This document shows, one piece after another, positions 9,360 to 19,028 of a stretch of 64,000 nucleotides of DNA; position 1 is the first letter of the stretch, and each line of letters opens with the position of its first letter. Under the pieces are notes generated by a model that was not told where the DNA came from, ran no database searches, and was given only the letters and a program-made list of their open reading frames with translations. Source of the DNA: an uncultured virus (IMG/VR IMGVR_UViG_3300027754_000074). Lineage: Duplodnaviria > Heunggongvirae > Uroviricota > Caudoviricetes. Position numbers and translations under genes: made by a program. The stretch lies in the IMG/VR virus record IMGVR_UViG_3300027754_000074, one strand, 5' to 3'.

Positions 9360-10804
9360 TGCACTACCCCCGTCGAAACCCCGCCGTCCCGCTGGTTAGC
9401 GCCCTTGACGCGCTCGCTTCGATCCGCCTGCGGACGTGGCTACGCACGGGCAAGCACGCCGACCTCGCGGCGCAGGTAGTCGAGGGGGCTATCGCCCGTG
9501 CCGCCGCGTGCGCGACGACGGCGCAGGAGACGATCTACGACGCGGAGGGGCGCAAGTACCCGACCGTCTACCGCTTCGTGCCCGCCTACTTCGACGGGCG
9601 CACGGTCGCCACGTCGCACCGGGCGAAGGATTTGGAATGGGCGGAGGGCTACCCGCCGGAATTCCAGACCCGCGACCTCGGAAGCCCCGAAGAGTCAATC
9701 AAGATCCAGAACATCGCTACACACTTCGATCCGCTCCGGATGCTGGGGAAAAACCTCGACGCGACGTTAGGCCCGCCGGTAGTTTGGCAGGGCGACGACG
9801 AGCGCCTGTATGTGCTCGGCGGGAACGGGCGCACGCTCGCTTTCCTACGCGCCCCGGAAGAGGCTTACGAACGGTACTTGGAGCTTGGACGGTGCCTGTG
9901 GGCGGATTTTCCTGCGGGGGCCGCCCCGAAGGGCTCCCGATGGATGCTGGTACGAGTCGTCTCCCGCCTGACCAAAGGGCAAGCGGCGCAATTGGCCGCC
10001 GCCTCGCAGCTTTCTACCTCGGCGGATGAGGGGCGGATCGGGAAGGCTATCGGAATGGTTCGCTCGCTCAATATTCAACTGGAAAAGCTCCCCCCGTTTA
10101 TCTGGACGGAGCCTATCGCCCCGGACAACGTGCAGGCGTTCGACAAGGAAAACCCCGCTTTTGTCAACGCGATCCTCGCCAACATGGATCCCGCGAAACG
10201 CTCCCGCTACCGGGTAGATCCCGAATCGCTATCCGACGCTGTGAGCGCCGCTATGATCGCCTTTTTGCCGAAAGAGGCGCGGGGCGCGGGCGTGTTCAAG
10301 AATCGGAAGGTAGAGGACGCTTTTATCGGCGCACTACCGGCTATTTTGTCCTCCCATTCGCTTGCGAAGGGAGAGCAAATCTATCCCGAATATGACCTCT
10401 ACCTGCACATTCAGGGCGCTACCCGCACGTTCGAGGCGTTCCGTATTTTGCGGCTACCCCTCTCCGAATTGTCAAAACGGCTCAAAGTAGAGCAAAGTAA
10501 CGCCGTTTTAGAGGGGGCAAACGTCCGCGTATCGGATGCGAGCGACCTTGCTTTGGCGCTCGCCGCCGCACTTTACAATGCCTCGCAGCGAAGCGCCCCC
10601 GAAGACGCCGTAGCCGGGATACTCCGCGAATACCTCAACGTGGTGCAGAAGTTCAATCCGAAGCAGCAAACCATAGCTTTCGGGGAACCAAAAAAGCGCC
10701 CGGATCCCGGCGAGCTACTGGCGGAATTCGTGCCCCGGTTCGAGCTACCGCGCCGGTTCGATGCACCATCCGCACAGGTCGGGCTGTTAGGAATGGGAGG
10801 ATAA
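9359..10804 (+). CDS. DdrB-associated ParB/Srx-like domain protein with RRNP leader
   Basis: YPPEFQTRD...GPPVV...VLGGNGRTLA motifs. Confidence 0.7.
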   Translation: MHYPRRNPAVPLVSALDALASIRLRTWLRTGKHADLAAQVVEGAIARAAACATTAQETIYDAEGRKYPTVYRFVPAYFDGRTVATSHRAKDLEWAEGYPPEFQTRDLGSPEESIKIQNIATHFDPLRMLGKNLDATLGPPVVWQGDDERLYVLGGNGRTLAFLRAPEEAYERYLELGRCLWADFPAGAAPKGSRWMLVRVVSRLTKGQAAQLAAASQLSTSADEGRIGKAIGMVRSLNIQLEKLPPFIWTEPIAPDNVQAFDKENPAFVNAILANMDPAKRSRYRVDPESLSDAVSAAMIAFLPKEARGAGVFKNRKVEDAFIGALPAILSSHSLAKGEQIYPEYDLYLHIQGATRTFEAFRILRLPLSELSKRLKVEQSNAVLEGANVRVSDASDLALALAAALYNASQRSAPEDAVAGILREYLNVVQKFNPKQQTIAFGEPKKRPDPGELLAEFVPRFELPRRFDAPSAQVGLLGMGG

Positions 10805-11431
10805 ATGTCTGAAAGCGCAAAAAGCCTGCTCACGCTGCTACCCCGTCAAACGCAGACCGCCGCCGAATTGCTCCCGAAGGCGTGGCGGGCGGCGCTCATG
10901 GCTACACTCCCGCCGCTCTATCGCCTACACCGCATCGGCACGCGGGCGGAGTACGACGGGTGGGCGCAGCTTCCCGCCGTGGTCGAGCACGTTAGCCGTC
11001 TCCAGACCTCGATCCGCCGGGTGCTCCGGCGCGTCGAAGCGAGGGCCGCCCCGGCGGCGTCCTACCAACCGAGCCTGTTTAGCCAGATGGGCGGCGCTCC
11101 CCCTACCCCGAAGCCGTTAGGGCTGTTCGGGGCGGATACGCTGTCGGAAAAGGTGTGGGTCGATGAGCCGGATGGATCCGTACCGCTCCCCGCGCCGGGC
11201 ACGCTCGCCGCCTTGATCATCGCTCCGGACGGCGAGATTACGCCGGCGCAAAAAGCGGCGGTACTCTCCCGGTATGTGGACATCGCGCTCCAGAACGCGC
11301 CCGGTCAACTCCGGCTCGCCGGTCGCGCCCCGTCGCAGGTAGAGGCGTTTTCGCAGGCGATCCAAGAAGCGGCGAAGCGGCGGAACCCCCGGCGGAAACG
11401 GCGCACCCGTCGCCGTCGTCGGGCACGTTGA
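10805..11431 (+). CDS. Hypothetical protein with RRNP + poly-Arg tail
   Basis: Ends KRRNPRRKRRTRRRRRAR; internal QPSLF. Confidence 0.75.
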   Translation: MSESAKSLLTLLPRQTQTAAELLPKAWRAALMATLPPLYRLHRIGTRAEYDGWAQLPAVVEHVSRLQTSIRRVLRRVEARAAPAASYQPSLFSQMGGAPPTPKPLGLFGADTLSEKVWVDEPDGSVPLPAPGTLAALIIAPDGEITPAQKAAVLSRYVDIALQNAPGQLRLAGRAPSQVEAFSQAIQEAAKRRNPRRKRRTRRRRRAR

Positions 11432-11456
11432 CAACCCTACGCCGCTCGCGTATACT
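11428..11456 (+). promoter_or_regulatory. Sigma70-type promoter, probably leaderless
   Basis: TTGACA-17 bp-TATACT; ATG begins 7 nt after the -10 box. Confidence 0.8.
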
Positions 11457-11462
11457 GTGCGT

Positions 11463-12479
11463 ATGCCTAATCGAATCTACGTTACCCCCTCGTTTTTAGA
11501 CGTACTGCGCGACATCGCGGGGGATAGCCCGCTGGGCTTTTACCTCGAAGACCCCCCGCGCCACCATGAGCAGCACAGGTACGGCGTGCCCGTTGCCTTG
11601 CTCGCCCCCTTCCTGCCGGTACTGAGCCGGCGGATTGACGCTTGGGAGGTAGCTATGGCTACCGCCACCGGGCGCGGCCCGGACGGGCGGAGCGCCCTGA
11701 CGCGCCGGATCACGGAAGGGCGGGACGTGCTCGCTGCGGCGGGGGCTGAGTTTGTCCCCCCGGTGCTCGCGGTCGTGGTGTACCGGGTGACGCCACGCCT
11801 GCTCGACGCGCTCCGGGCGCGTACCCTCGCCCCGGCGGTTCGGGACGCCGTGGCGGAGGCCCGCCACCATGCGGAGAGCCACAAGTGGGAGGTAGCCGTC
11901 CCCGCGACGGCGCAGGCCGGCTTTCGGGCCGCGCTGGCTGACCTCCGGGCGGAGGTAGACGCCCGCCACGGGGGGGCGGTAGACGCGGAAAAGGCCCGGC
12001 TGGGCTGGCTTCGCCGCGAGCTTTCCGCGTTGGGCGTCGAGGAGCTACCGGTAGCTCGCGGGAAAATCGTACCCGCCCCCGTGGCGGCGCACGCGCTCCG
12101 GGGCCGCCGCAAAGAAGCCGCGCCCGCTCCGAAGCCGAAGGCAGCGCCCGCGCCCCCTGCGCCCCCCGCGCCTCCGAGCCGCGCCGAGCTTATCGCCGCG
12201 CTGGGAACCGCCCCGGACGCGGACATAGCCGCCCGGTTTGGATCCACCACGTCAGCGGTACGTCAGGCGCGCACGGCGCGGGAAATCCCGGCGTTTACCG
12301 CCGTGCGAGAGCGCGACATTGAAGCGACACTAACCGCGCACCCCGATTGGAGTATGCGCGCCGTAGCCCGTGCCCTTGGAGTCGCCGTTACCACGGTGAT
12401 CCGGACGGCGGAGCGGCTAAACGCAGGAAAGGGGCGGTCGCAAGCCTCCCTAAAAGAACAACGAAAAGGCAAGGTGTAA
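11463..12479 (+). CDS. Protein with C-terminal HTH domains
   Basis: DADIAARFG..; SMRAVARALGVAVTTVIR. Confidence 0.75.
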   Translation: MPNRIYVTPSFLDVLRDIAGDSPLGFYLEDPPRHHEQHRYGVPVALLAPFLPVLSRRIDAWEVAMATATGRGPDGRSALTRRITEGRDVLAAAGAEFVPPVLAVVVYRVTPRLLDALRARTLAPAVRDAVAEARHHAESHKWEVAVPATAQAGFRAALADLRAEVDARHGGAVDAEKARLGWLRRELSALGVEELPVARGKIVPAPVAAHALRGRRKEAAPAPKPKAAPAPPAPPAPPSRAELIAALGTAPDADIAARFGSTTSAVRQARTAREIPAFTAVRERDIEATLTAHPDWSMRAVARALGVAVTTVIRTAERLNAGKGRSQASLKEQRKGKV

Positions 12480-12480
12480 C

Positions 12481-13359
12481 GTGGCAGGTATCCCCGGAAA
12501 AGGCGGCAAATCCCGCGCAGAAACCGGCCTCTCCGGCCCCGAAGATCGGCGCGGTCGCGCTCATAGTCGGCTCGATGAGGCCGCCGTCGCGGACGGGCTC
12601 ATACAGGCGACATTGAACGGGTGGGGCGCTCCGGCGCTCGCTCGCTACCTCGGTATCTCCACGCCGACCGCTACACAGATCCTCTCCGGCAAAACGTGGC
12701 AGCACGTCCCCCGTCCTGCGGGGCTCACGAAGCAGCGGGCGGCGCGCTCCGCCCGCCTCTCGGACGCCGCCATTGAAGAGGGCTTGCGGGTCGCCCGCGC
12801 CTCCGGCTGGGGGGCGCATAAGCTCGCCCGCTACCTCGACGTGTCGCCGGCCACGGCAACCCGCTACCTCGCGGAGCGCGCCCTACCCGCGCCGCCTCCG
12901 CCCCCGCCCCCGCCTCCCGTGCGCGCCGCCCCCGTCGTGCTCCCCCGCCTTCCCCGTCCCCCCCGGATCCCGCTCATCATAGGGCTGGGAAGCGACCTCG
13001 ACACGGTGATAGCCGACCGGTTCAACGTGTCGCCGTCGCGGGTGCAGCAGCTACGCGAAATCGCCGGCATCCCGGCGTTTGTAGCCACGCGGCGCGAGGC
13101 AATCCGCGCCGTCGCCGGCTCGAAGAGTGACGCGGCGCTCGCCGCCGAATTGGGCGTAGATCGGAAGACGATCCGCAAGCACCGGCGCGAGGCGGGGATC
13201 GAGAACGAATACAGCGCGGCGGTCGCCAACCGGGACGCGACGATCCGGGCGCTCATCGCCGCCAACCCCGGCGCGAGCCTGCGGGCTATCGCCGCCGAAG
13301 CGGGCGTCAACGCAAGCACGGTAATGCGCGTCAGGAGAGCGATGGAGACGGGGGGGTAG
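12481..13359 (+). CDS. Multi-HTH DNA-binding protein (about 5 HTH units)
   Basis: LARYLGISTPT, LARYLDVSPAT, IADRFNVSPSRV, LAAELGVDRKTI, IAAEAGVNASTV. Confidence 0.8.
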   Translation: MAGIPGKGGKSRAETGLSGPEDRRGRAHSRLDEAAVADGLIQATLNGWGAPALARYLGISTPTATQILSGKTWQHVPRPAGLTKQRAARSARLSDAAIEEGLRVARASGWGAHKLARYLDVSPATATRYLAERALPAPPPPPPPPPVRAAPVVLPRLPRPPRIPLIIGLGSDLDTVIADRFNVSPSRVQQLREIAGIPAFVATRREAIRAVAGSKSDAALAAELGVDRKTIRKHRREAGIENEYSAAVANRDATIRALIAANPGASLRAIAAEAGVNASTVMRVRRAMETGG

Positions 13360-13386
13360 GCTTCGCCCCGCCTGCGACGTTTCGAG

Positions 13387-13428
13387 AGCTTCCCGGTTTA
13401 TTCTACCGGCGAAAATAACCGGGAAGGT
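13387..13428. repeat. 42-bp palindrome family, copy 2
   Basis: AGCTTCCCGGTTTATTCT-ACCGGC-GAAAATAACCGGGAAGGT. Confidence 0.9.
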
Positions 13429-13448
13429 GCGCGTAGCACGTTTCTGAT

Positions 13449-14075
13449 ATGTGCCCCGTAAAGGGCCGGGATAACGTCTTACACATGCGATTCGTCGATT
13501 CACCAGACCGCCTATTAGAGCACCTTCGCCCCGGATACCTAAAAGAATGGGTAGGGGACAACGTGATACCGATCCGGAAGGTTGTCAAAGCGACGGTATC
13601 CGACACGTTGCAAGCCATTTTCGCACAACACGCGGCATGGTTGAACGGTCAGAAAGGCGGGAAGCGCGCCGACCTGAGTGGGTGGGACTTGTATATGCTG
13701 GACGTAAATCTGTCCGGACTAAACCTGTCCCGCGCCATTCTCACCGGGGCAAACCTCGAACACCGAAACCTCCAAGGGGCCAAACTGACGGGGGCCAAAC
13801 TGACGGGGGCAAACCTAAACAATGCCGATCTAAGCGATGCCGATTTGAGCGGCGCAGACTTACGCAACGCAAGACTGGTTCTCGCCAACTTGCGGAGAAG
13901 CAACCTCCAGAACGTCAACGCGACAAAGGCGAATTTTGACGGTGCCGCTATGATCGATGCCGACATAACGGGCGCGAAGGGGCGGGAGATTGAGATTGCT
14001 TTCAATAGAGGGTACTTCGGATCGGAAAAAGACATAATATGGGCGCGGCGACAGCTTGCGATGCTCCGTCCATGA
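13449..14075 (+). CDS. Pentapeptide repeat protein
   Basis: A(D/N/K)Lxx repeats; start may be 13485. Confidence 0.85.
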   Translation: MCPVKGRDNVLHMRFVDSPDRLLEHLRPGYLKEWVGDNVIPIRKVVKATVSDTLQAIFAQHAAWLNGQKGGKRADLSGWDLYMLDVNLSGLNLSRAILTGANLEHRNLQGAKLTGAKLTGANLNNADLSDADLSGADLRNARLVLANLRRSNLQNVNATKANFDGAAMIDADITGAKGREIEIAFNRGYFGSEKDIIWARRQLAMLRP

Positions 14076-17000
14076 AGCGTAACCCCGACGCCGTAGCCCG
14101 TTTCCGTCCGCTCGCTTCCCCCGCGCTCGCCGCATGGCTCGACGGCAACGGGGAGGCGGTAGAGGCGGCGGCGTTCGGCGCGCTCCGGTACTCGGAGGCG
14201 GGCTCGATGGTGGTAGCCGCCCCCGTGGTCAAGGGGGCGGGGGATATGTCCTTCGAGGCGGCTATCGCGCTCGCCCGGTCGTGGGCGGAACAACTCGGAG
14301 ATATGCCGGCCCCGACGCCGAAAGAGGCAGACGACGCGGGCGCGAGCGTGTCTACCTACTCCGCCCTGCAAAACTACGGGGCGGTGCCCCCGTCGCTACT
14401 CGATTCGATGCCCGTTGAAATGCACCTCGCGGCTATTGAAACGCTCCGCCTACACTCGAAGACGCAGATCCCCCGCGACCTGTGGCAAGCCGCCTACGCC
14501 GCCATCCGCCACCAGTACGAGCAGGAGCGCGGAGCGCCCGCCCCCGAAGGGCGCTCCCGCCTGTACGCCCCGATGAAGAGCACGGGGCGGCTCGAAGACG
14601 GCACGGCTTACGAAGCCGACGAAAAGGGCGCGGTCGCGCTGGGTTTTCCATTATACAAACGGGGCGGGAAACAGGTAGGCGATCTATTGCTCGATGCCGG
14701 ATTGGCGCGCAAGGTGCAAGGCCGGTTCGGGGAGCAGATCAAGATTGATCCCGACGTAGGACGCTGGGAAAAGCGCAACGATGCGAGCGGAAAAGATGCG
14801 TGGTGGTTGATCGTAAACCCGCTGCGGGTGGCGGAGGTTGCCGCCGTGGTCGAGGGGCAGTACCCGGCGCTCGCCGCCGCGCTCCGGCAAAACGCGCCTA
14901 TCTGGCGAGCGGCGGCGGAAAAGGCCGGCGTCGTGCCGCGTGTAGCGACGGCGACGGCGGAAGCCGTAGCCGCTCCGGCGGTAGACTTGGCAAGCCTAAA
15001 CCCCGAAGGGGGAGCGGTGCCGGGGATGCGCTGGGAGTGGTCGCCGGGATCCCTGTCCGTTGACCTACTGTTCGACCGGGGCGCAAAAGCCCTGCTGTCT
15101 GCGGGCGGTGTCGCGTTTTCGTGGGCGACCCGGAACCGACACACGGGGGAGCCCGCCGACCGCCGCACGCCGAGCGCGGACATCGCATGGTGGGTGCGCG
15201 TGCCTACGACGCAGCTTGACGCGCTGGGACGGGCTACGATGCCGCTTCCCGAGGCTCACGCCGCCGTGCTCACCCTATCCCCGTCGTGGGGCGGAACCCG
15301 ATCCGCCCTGAAGCAGAGCCGCGAAGAGGGCGTCACCGAAGAAGGATCGTGGCGCACGCTTCCAAACGGAACGGTGCAGCTTTACACGGTCTACAAACAA
15401 TCCGCGATGGGCTGGCAAAAAGGCGCTATCGGCGCGGTTGTCAAAATGTCAAAAGACATGGGGGGAAAGTGGTACTTTTCCTTTCCCGAGAAGCGGGCAA
15501 CGCTGGTCGCGGCGGCGCTCCGCGAGCACTACCCCCGGCTGGCGGAGGCGCTGGGGCGCTCGTTCGGCGGGGTGGCGCGCACGATTGACGAAGAGGCCGG
15601 CAAGTGCGATCCGCTGGTCGATATGTCGAACGCGCCAAACCCGGCGGCGGTAAAACACCCTATCGGGCAGGCGGTGATCGAGGACGTGATCAAGGCGCTG
15701 AAGCTGCGGCTCCCGCACGGGATGATCCCCTACCCGTATCAGACGGTCGGTATCGCGTTCTCGAAATTGGCCGGATACCGGGCGCTGATCGGGGACGCGA
15801 TGGGCCTCGGAAAAACGATCCAAGCTATCGGATGTCTCGCCGTAGATCCGGAGCAATTGCTACCGGCTATCGTGGTTTGCCCCGCGAGCGTGCTCTACAA
15901 CTGGCAGGCCGAAATCAACAAGTGGCTACCCTCCGTGCCCGTGATCGTTTTGGCTACAGGCAGCGCGCCGCTCCCGCCGAAGGGCTGGAAAGGCGTCATG
16001 GTGGTAACGTGGAATCAGCTAGTATCTCGCGGCCCGGCGCTCGAAGCGTGGGGGCTGAAGTGCATTATTGCCGATGAGGCGCACAAGGCGAAAGAGCCTA
16101 CAACAAGCTGGACAAAGGTATTGGCCGCCCTATCGGAGACGGTGCCGCACATCCTCATGCTGACGGGTACGCCGGTCAAAAACCGGGTGATCGAGCTTTG
16201 GAGCTTGCTACGGATGCTCGATCCAGACAGCTACGGGTCGAAAACGGAGTTTGGAAAGGAATATACCAACGTCGAAACCGTCAAGATCGGCGGCGGGAAG
16301 ACCGCCACGAAGTACGAAGGCGGAAAGAACCTCGAAGCCTTGCAACAACGGCTCCGCTGCATCATGGTACGCCGGCTGAAAGAGGACGTGCTATCTGACC
16401 TTCCCCCGAAGCGGCGGGTATCGCTCGAAGTGGAAATTCCCGACAAGTCGCGGGCAGATTATGAGCGCGCCCGCGAGGAATTCGCGGATTGGCTGGAGGG
16501 GGCGTTGGAGCGCAAGATCAGCGCGCAGTACGTCAAAGACGGGATCGATCCGAAGTCGGCTACGGCGGAGATCCGGCAGGAGGTAGCGGAGCGCGCCGAG
16601 CGGGCGCTACGGGCGGAGCAACTGGTCAAGATCGGATACCTCCGGCGCTTGGTCGGCGTGGCGAAGATCGAGCCTGCGCTCGACAAGATCGAGGAATTCG
16701 TGGAGGCGGGGGAGCCGCTGGTCGTGTTCGCGGAGCACGCGGATGTCGTGCAGGGGATTCAAGAAGGGCTGAAAAAGGCAAAAATCAAGTTTGTAACGGT
16801 AGACGGGTCTACCTCTCTCGCGGCGCGGGAAGCGGCAAAAAACGCTTTTCAGGCCGGCGGCGTGGACGTGTTTATCGGCACGCAAGCGGCGAAAGAAGGA
16901 ATCACGCTCACCCGTGCTTCTAACACGCTTTTTGTAGAACGCTGGTGGACGCCGGGCGACGAAGAGCAGGCGGAGGATCGTATCCATCGTATCGGGCAGA

Positions 17001-17473
17001 AAAACGCCGCAACAATCTACTTTTTGCAGGTAGTCAACTCCATTGACGATCACCTGAGCCGGCTAGTCGAGTCGAAACGGGTAGTCGCCACAGGTGCCGT
17101 AGGCGGTAGCCATGTTGCGAGCAGCGCGCAGAGCGTCGAGGCCGGTTTGGGGGCGTTCGCCGCCGCCGTGGCACGGCGCGGGGGGCGGAAGGGGGACGCT
17201 ATTCCGAATCCCCGCACGCACGTTGCCGGTGCGCGCCCCCTACCGCCGGGACGGGTGATTCATGCCCTGCTTTTCCGCCGGGATACATGGTCGCACGCGA
17301 ATATCGCGCATTGGGCGCGGTTGAACGGCTTTTCAGCCGACGACCTCGAACGGATGGGCGGGTACACCCGTGCGCGGCAACGGGCGGTAAGTAAGTTCAA
17401 GCCCGGTTCTTTCCTGACCGTCCCCCTGACCGACAGCATATCCGCCGTGGTCGCGGAGCCGAAAAGCCGGTAG
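14072..17473 (+). CDS. SNF2/SWI2-family ATPase with KRNP leader and extra C-terminal domain
   Basis: DAMGLGKT, DEAH, LTGTP, QAEDRIHRIGQ. Confidence 0.92.
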   Translation: MKRNPDAVARFRPLASPALAAWLDGNGEAVEAAAFGALRYSEAGSMVVAAPVVKGAGDMSFEAAIALARSWAEQLGDMPAPTPKEADDAGASVSTYSALQNYGAVPPSLLDSMPVEMHLAAIETLRLHSKTQIPRDLWQAAYAAIRHQYEQERGAPAPEGRSRLYAPMKSTGRLEDGTAYEADEKGAVALGFPLYKRGGKQVGDLLLDAGLARKVQGRFGEQIKIDPDVGRWEKRNDASGKDAWWLIVNPLRVAEVAAVVEGQYPALAAALRQNAPIWRAAAEKAGVVPRVATATAEAVAAPAVDLASLNPEGGAVPGMRWEWSPGSLSVDLLFDRGAKALLSAGGVAFSWATRNRHTGEPADRRTPSADIAWWVRVPTTQLDALGRATMPLPEAHAAVLTLSPSWGGTRSALKQSREEGVTEEGSWRTLPNGTVQLYTVYKQSAMGWQKGAIGAVVKMSKDMGGKWYFSFPEKRATLVAAALREHYPRLAEALGRSFGGVARTIDEEAGKCDPLVDMSNAPNPAAVKHPIGQAVIEDVIKALKLRLPHGMIPYPYQTVGIAFSKLAGYRALIGDAMGLGKTIQAIGCLAVDPEQLLPAIVVCPASVLYNWQAEINKWLPSVPVIVLATGSAPLPPKGWKGVMVVTWNQLVSRGPALEAWGLKCIIADEAHKAKEPTTSWTKVLAALSETVPHILMLTGTPVKNRVIELWSLLRMLDPDSYGSKTEFGKEYTNVETVKIGGGKTATKYEGGKNLEALQQRLRCIMVRRLKEDVLSDLPPKRRVSLEVEIPDKSRADYERAREEFADWLEGALERKISAQYVKDGIDPKSATAEIRQEVAERAERALRAEQLVKIGYLRRLVGVAKIEPALDKIEEFVEAGEPLVVFAEHADVVQGIQEGLKKAKIKFVTVDGSTSLAAREAAKNAFQAGGVDVFIGTQAAKEGITLTRASNTLFVERWWTPGDEEQAEDRIHRIGQKNAATIYFLQVVNSIDDHLSRLVESKRVVATGAVGGSHVASSAQSVEAGLGAFAAAVARRGGRKGDAIPNPRTHVAGARPLPPGRVIHALLFRRDTWSHANIAHWARLNGFSADDLERMGGYTRARQRAVSKFKPGSFLTVPLTDSISAVVAEPKSR

Positions 17474-17478
17474 TGCGC

Positions 17479-17507
17479 TTGCTTACGCACCCGCAATAGC
17501 ATACGCT
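17479..17507 (+). promoter_or_regulatory. Putative promoter, probably leaderless
   Basis: TTGCTT-17-TACGCT; ATG 17514 begins 7 nt after. Confidence 0.5.
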
Positions 17508-17513
17508 GGGGGA

Positions 17514-17918
17514 ATGACTACCCTTGATCCTAAGCCCCCGCAGGGGCAAATCTTCGTGCTCAATGACATCGGGGAGCGCGAGCGTGCCGCGCTCGAAGCC
17601 GCCGGGAAGGTGGCGAGCGACTATTGCGTGATCCTGACGCCCGTAGTCCAGATGGATATGGCGCTACAGACAGCGCAGAGCGGCGAGGCGGTAATGCTGC
17701 TGCAAAGCGTGGTAGCGGTGCCCGTGAGCATCCTACCGCTCCCGACGCGGGGCGTGCTCGACGCCTCCGGCAATACCGCCGTAGCCTCGAAGTCGAAAGA
17801 GGCTTTGCCGATAGCGCCCTACCTGCACCTTGTCGTCGCCCGTTCGGCGCTCTCGGAGCCCGTGCGCGCCGACCTCGACCGCTCCCGCGTCCTGCGTACC
17901 CTGACGGGTGCCCTGTGA
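17514..17918 (+). CDS. Hypothetical protein
   Basis: 134-aa ORF coupled to next gene. Confidence 0.7.
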   Translation: MTTLDPKPPQGQIFVLNDIGERERAALEAAGKVASDYCVILTPVVQMDMALQTAQSGEAVMLLQSVVAVPVSILPLPTRGVLDASGNTAVASKSKEALPIAPYLHLVVARSALSEPVRADLDRSRVLRTLTGAL

Positions 17919-18226
17919 CCGGGCGCGACGTGTTCCGCCTGCGCGCCGACCTCGGATGGACGGGGGCGCAGTTTGCCTCCCTGTTCGGGGTGCATCCCTC
18001 GACGGTGTACCGTTGGGAAGACCGCGACACCAACGACCTGAAAACGGAGCCGTTGCAGCTTCAGCTTTTGACCGTCCTACGGGGCGAAATCAAGCGGCAA
18101 GGTAGCAACAACCTAAAGAAGCTGACCGAGCAGATGGAAGACGCTTTAGCTTTGGGAGGCTCGCTCAGGGCGCTTCACGTCCTGCTGTCCGTCGTGTACG
18201 CGCCCCCGGACGCCGTTATCCCTTAA
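17915..18226 (+). CDS. XRE/Cro-like HTH regulator
   Basis: LRADLGWTGAQFASLFGVHPSTVYRWE; GTGA overlap. Confidence 0.85.
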   Translation: MTGRDVFRLRADLGWTGAQFASLFGVHPSTVYRWEDRDTNDLKTEPLQLQLLTVLRGEIKRQGSNNLKKLTEQMEDALALGGSLRALHVLLSVVYAPPDAVIP

Positions 18227-18434
18227 AGGGGAGAACGGCGCATAGAGTACGTTAGACGCGACGTTTCGCGTGGGCGCGCATGGTGCGCGCTACGCAAAAC
18301 GACGTGCGCGAGAATCGGCGTTCGCCGCCCCTTTGGCTAAAGCGTAGGTATAACCGCGCTTTCTCGAACACTTGTGATAATACGCATTATCGCAAGTTTG
18401 CCCCGGCGGCGGGGTTCGCCGTCCGGTGAAAAAG

Positions 18435-18533
18435 AAAGTAGCGGAATGTTTCGCATACGCCTTGCATATGCGAATGGTCTACGGTAGAAAGGGGATGTCG
18501 GATTCACCGACGCCAACCCCTGAGAGCAAAATG
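18435..18533 (+). repeat. Duplicated ~100-bp promoter/leader, copy A
   Basis: Near-identical to 19367-19466 up to the ATG. Confidence 0.85.
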
Positions 18534-18947
18534 CACGAACTTCTGACCGATTCCATCCTCGGCTACATCAACCCCGAAAACAGCAGCAGGGCTAAGGCCC
18601 GCGAAGCCCTCTATACCAGCATCCTAAACGCCCCGACGCTATCGGCGGCGTCCGCGATTGCCGGCGTCACCGGATACCGCGTAAGCTGGGGACGGTACGA
18701 AGAGAACCCGTACCATATGGAGGGGTGGCAAGTCATGGACGCATCCCGTCAGCGTTGTATGGCGATTTCTGTTTACCAAACGGCGCTCGTTTATGCCGTT
18801 GCGTTGCCTCGGCTGCGTTGCCCTGAGCGCCGCGCTCGATGCCGCCGCGTGGTGGAGAACTGCGCTCAGGCTATCGAGCATCGCGCATACAGTTTGTCCC
18901 GTACACAGCGCGAGGCCGATGCTGCGGAAGTGCGGGCGCTCATTTAG
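18531..18947 (+). CDS. Hypothetical protein (cassette gene A)
   Basis: ATG at end of repeated leader. Confidence 0.7.
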   Translation: MHELLTDSILGYINPENSSRAKAREALYTSILNAPTLSAASAIAGVTGYRVSWGRYEENPYHMEGWQVMDASRQRCMAISVYQTALVYAVALPRLRCPERRARCRRVVENCAQAIEHRAYSLSRTQREADAAEVRALI

Positions 18948-18966
18948 CCGATACTCCCCGATTACA

Positions 18967-18999
18967 CCCGCTCCGAAAGGGGCGGGCCTTTTCGTTTTT
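18967..18999 (+). terminator. Rho-independent terminator
   Basis: CCCGCTCC-GAAA-GGGGCGGG then T-rich run. Confidence 0.85.
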
Positions 19000-19028
19000 G
19001 ATATGGTAGGAACACCGCAGGAGATTCT

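Noticed and set aside
10805..11431. QPSLF as a beta-clamp binding motif
   Set aside because: Single short match that I cannot distinguish from chance
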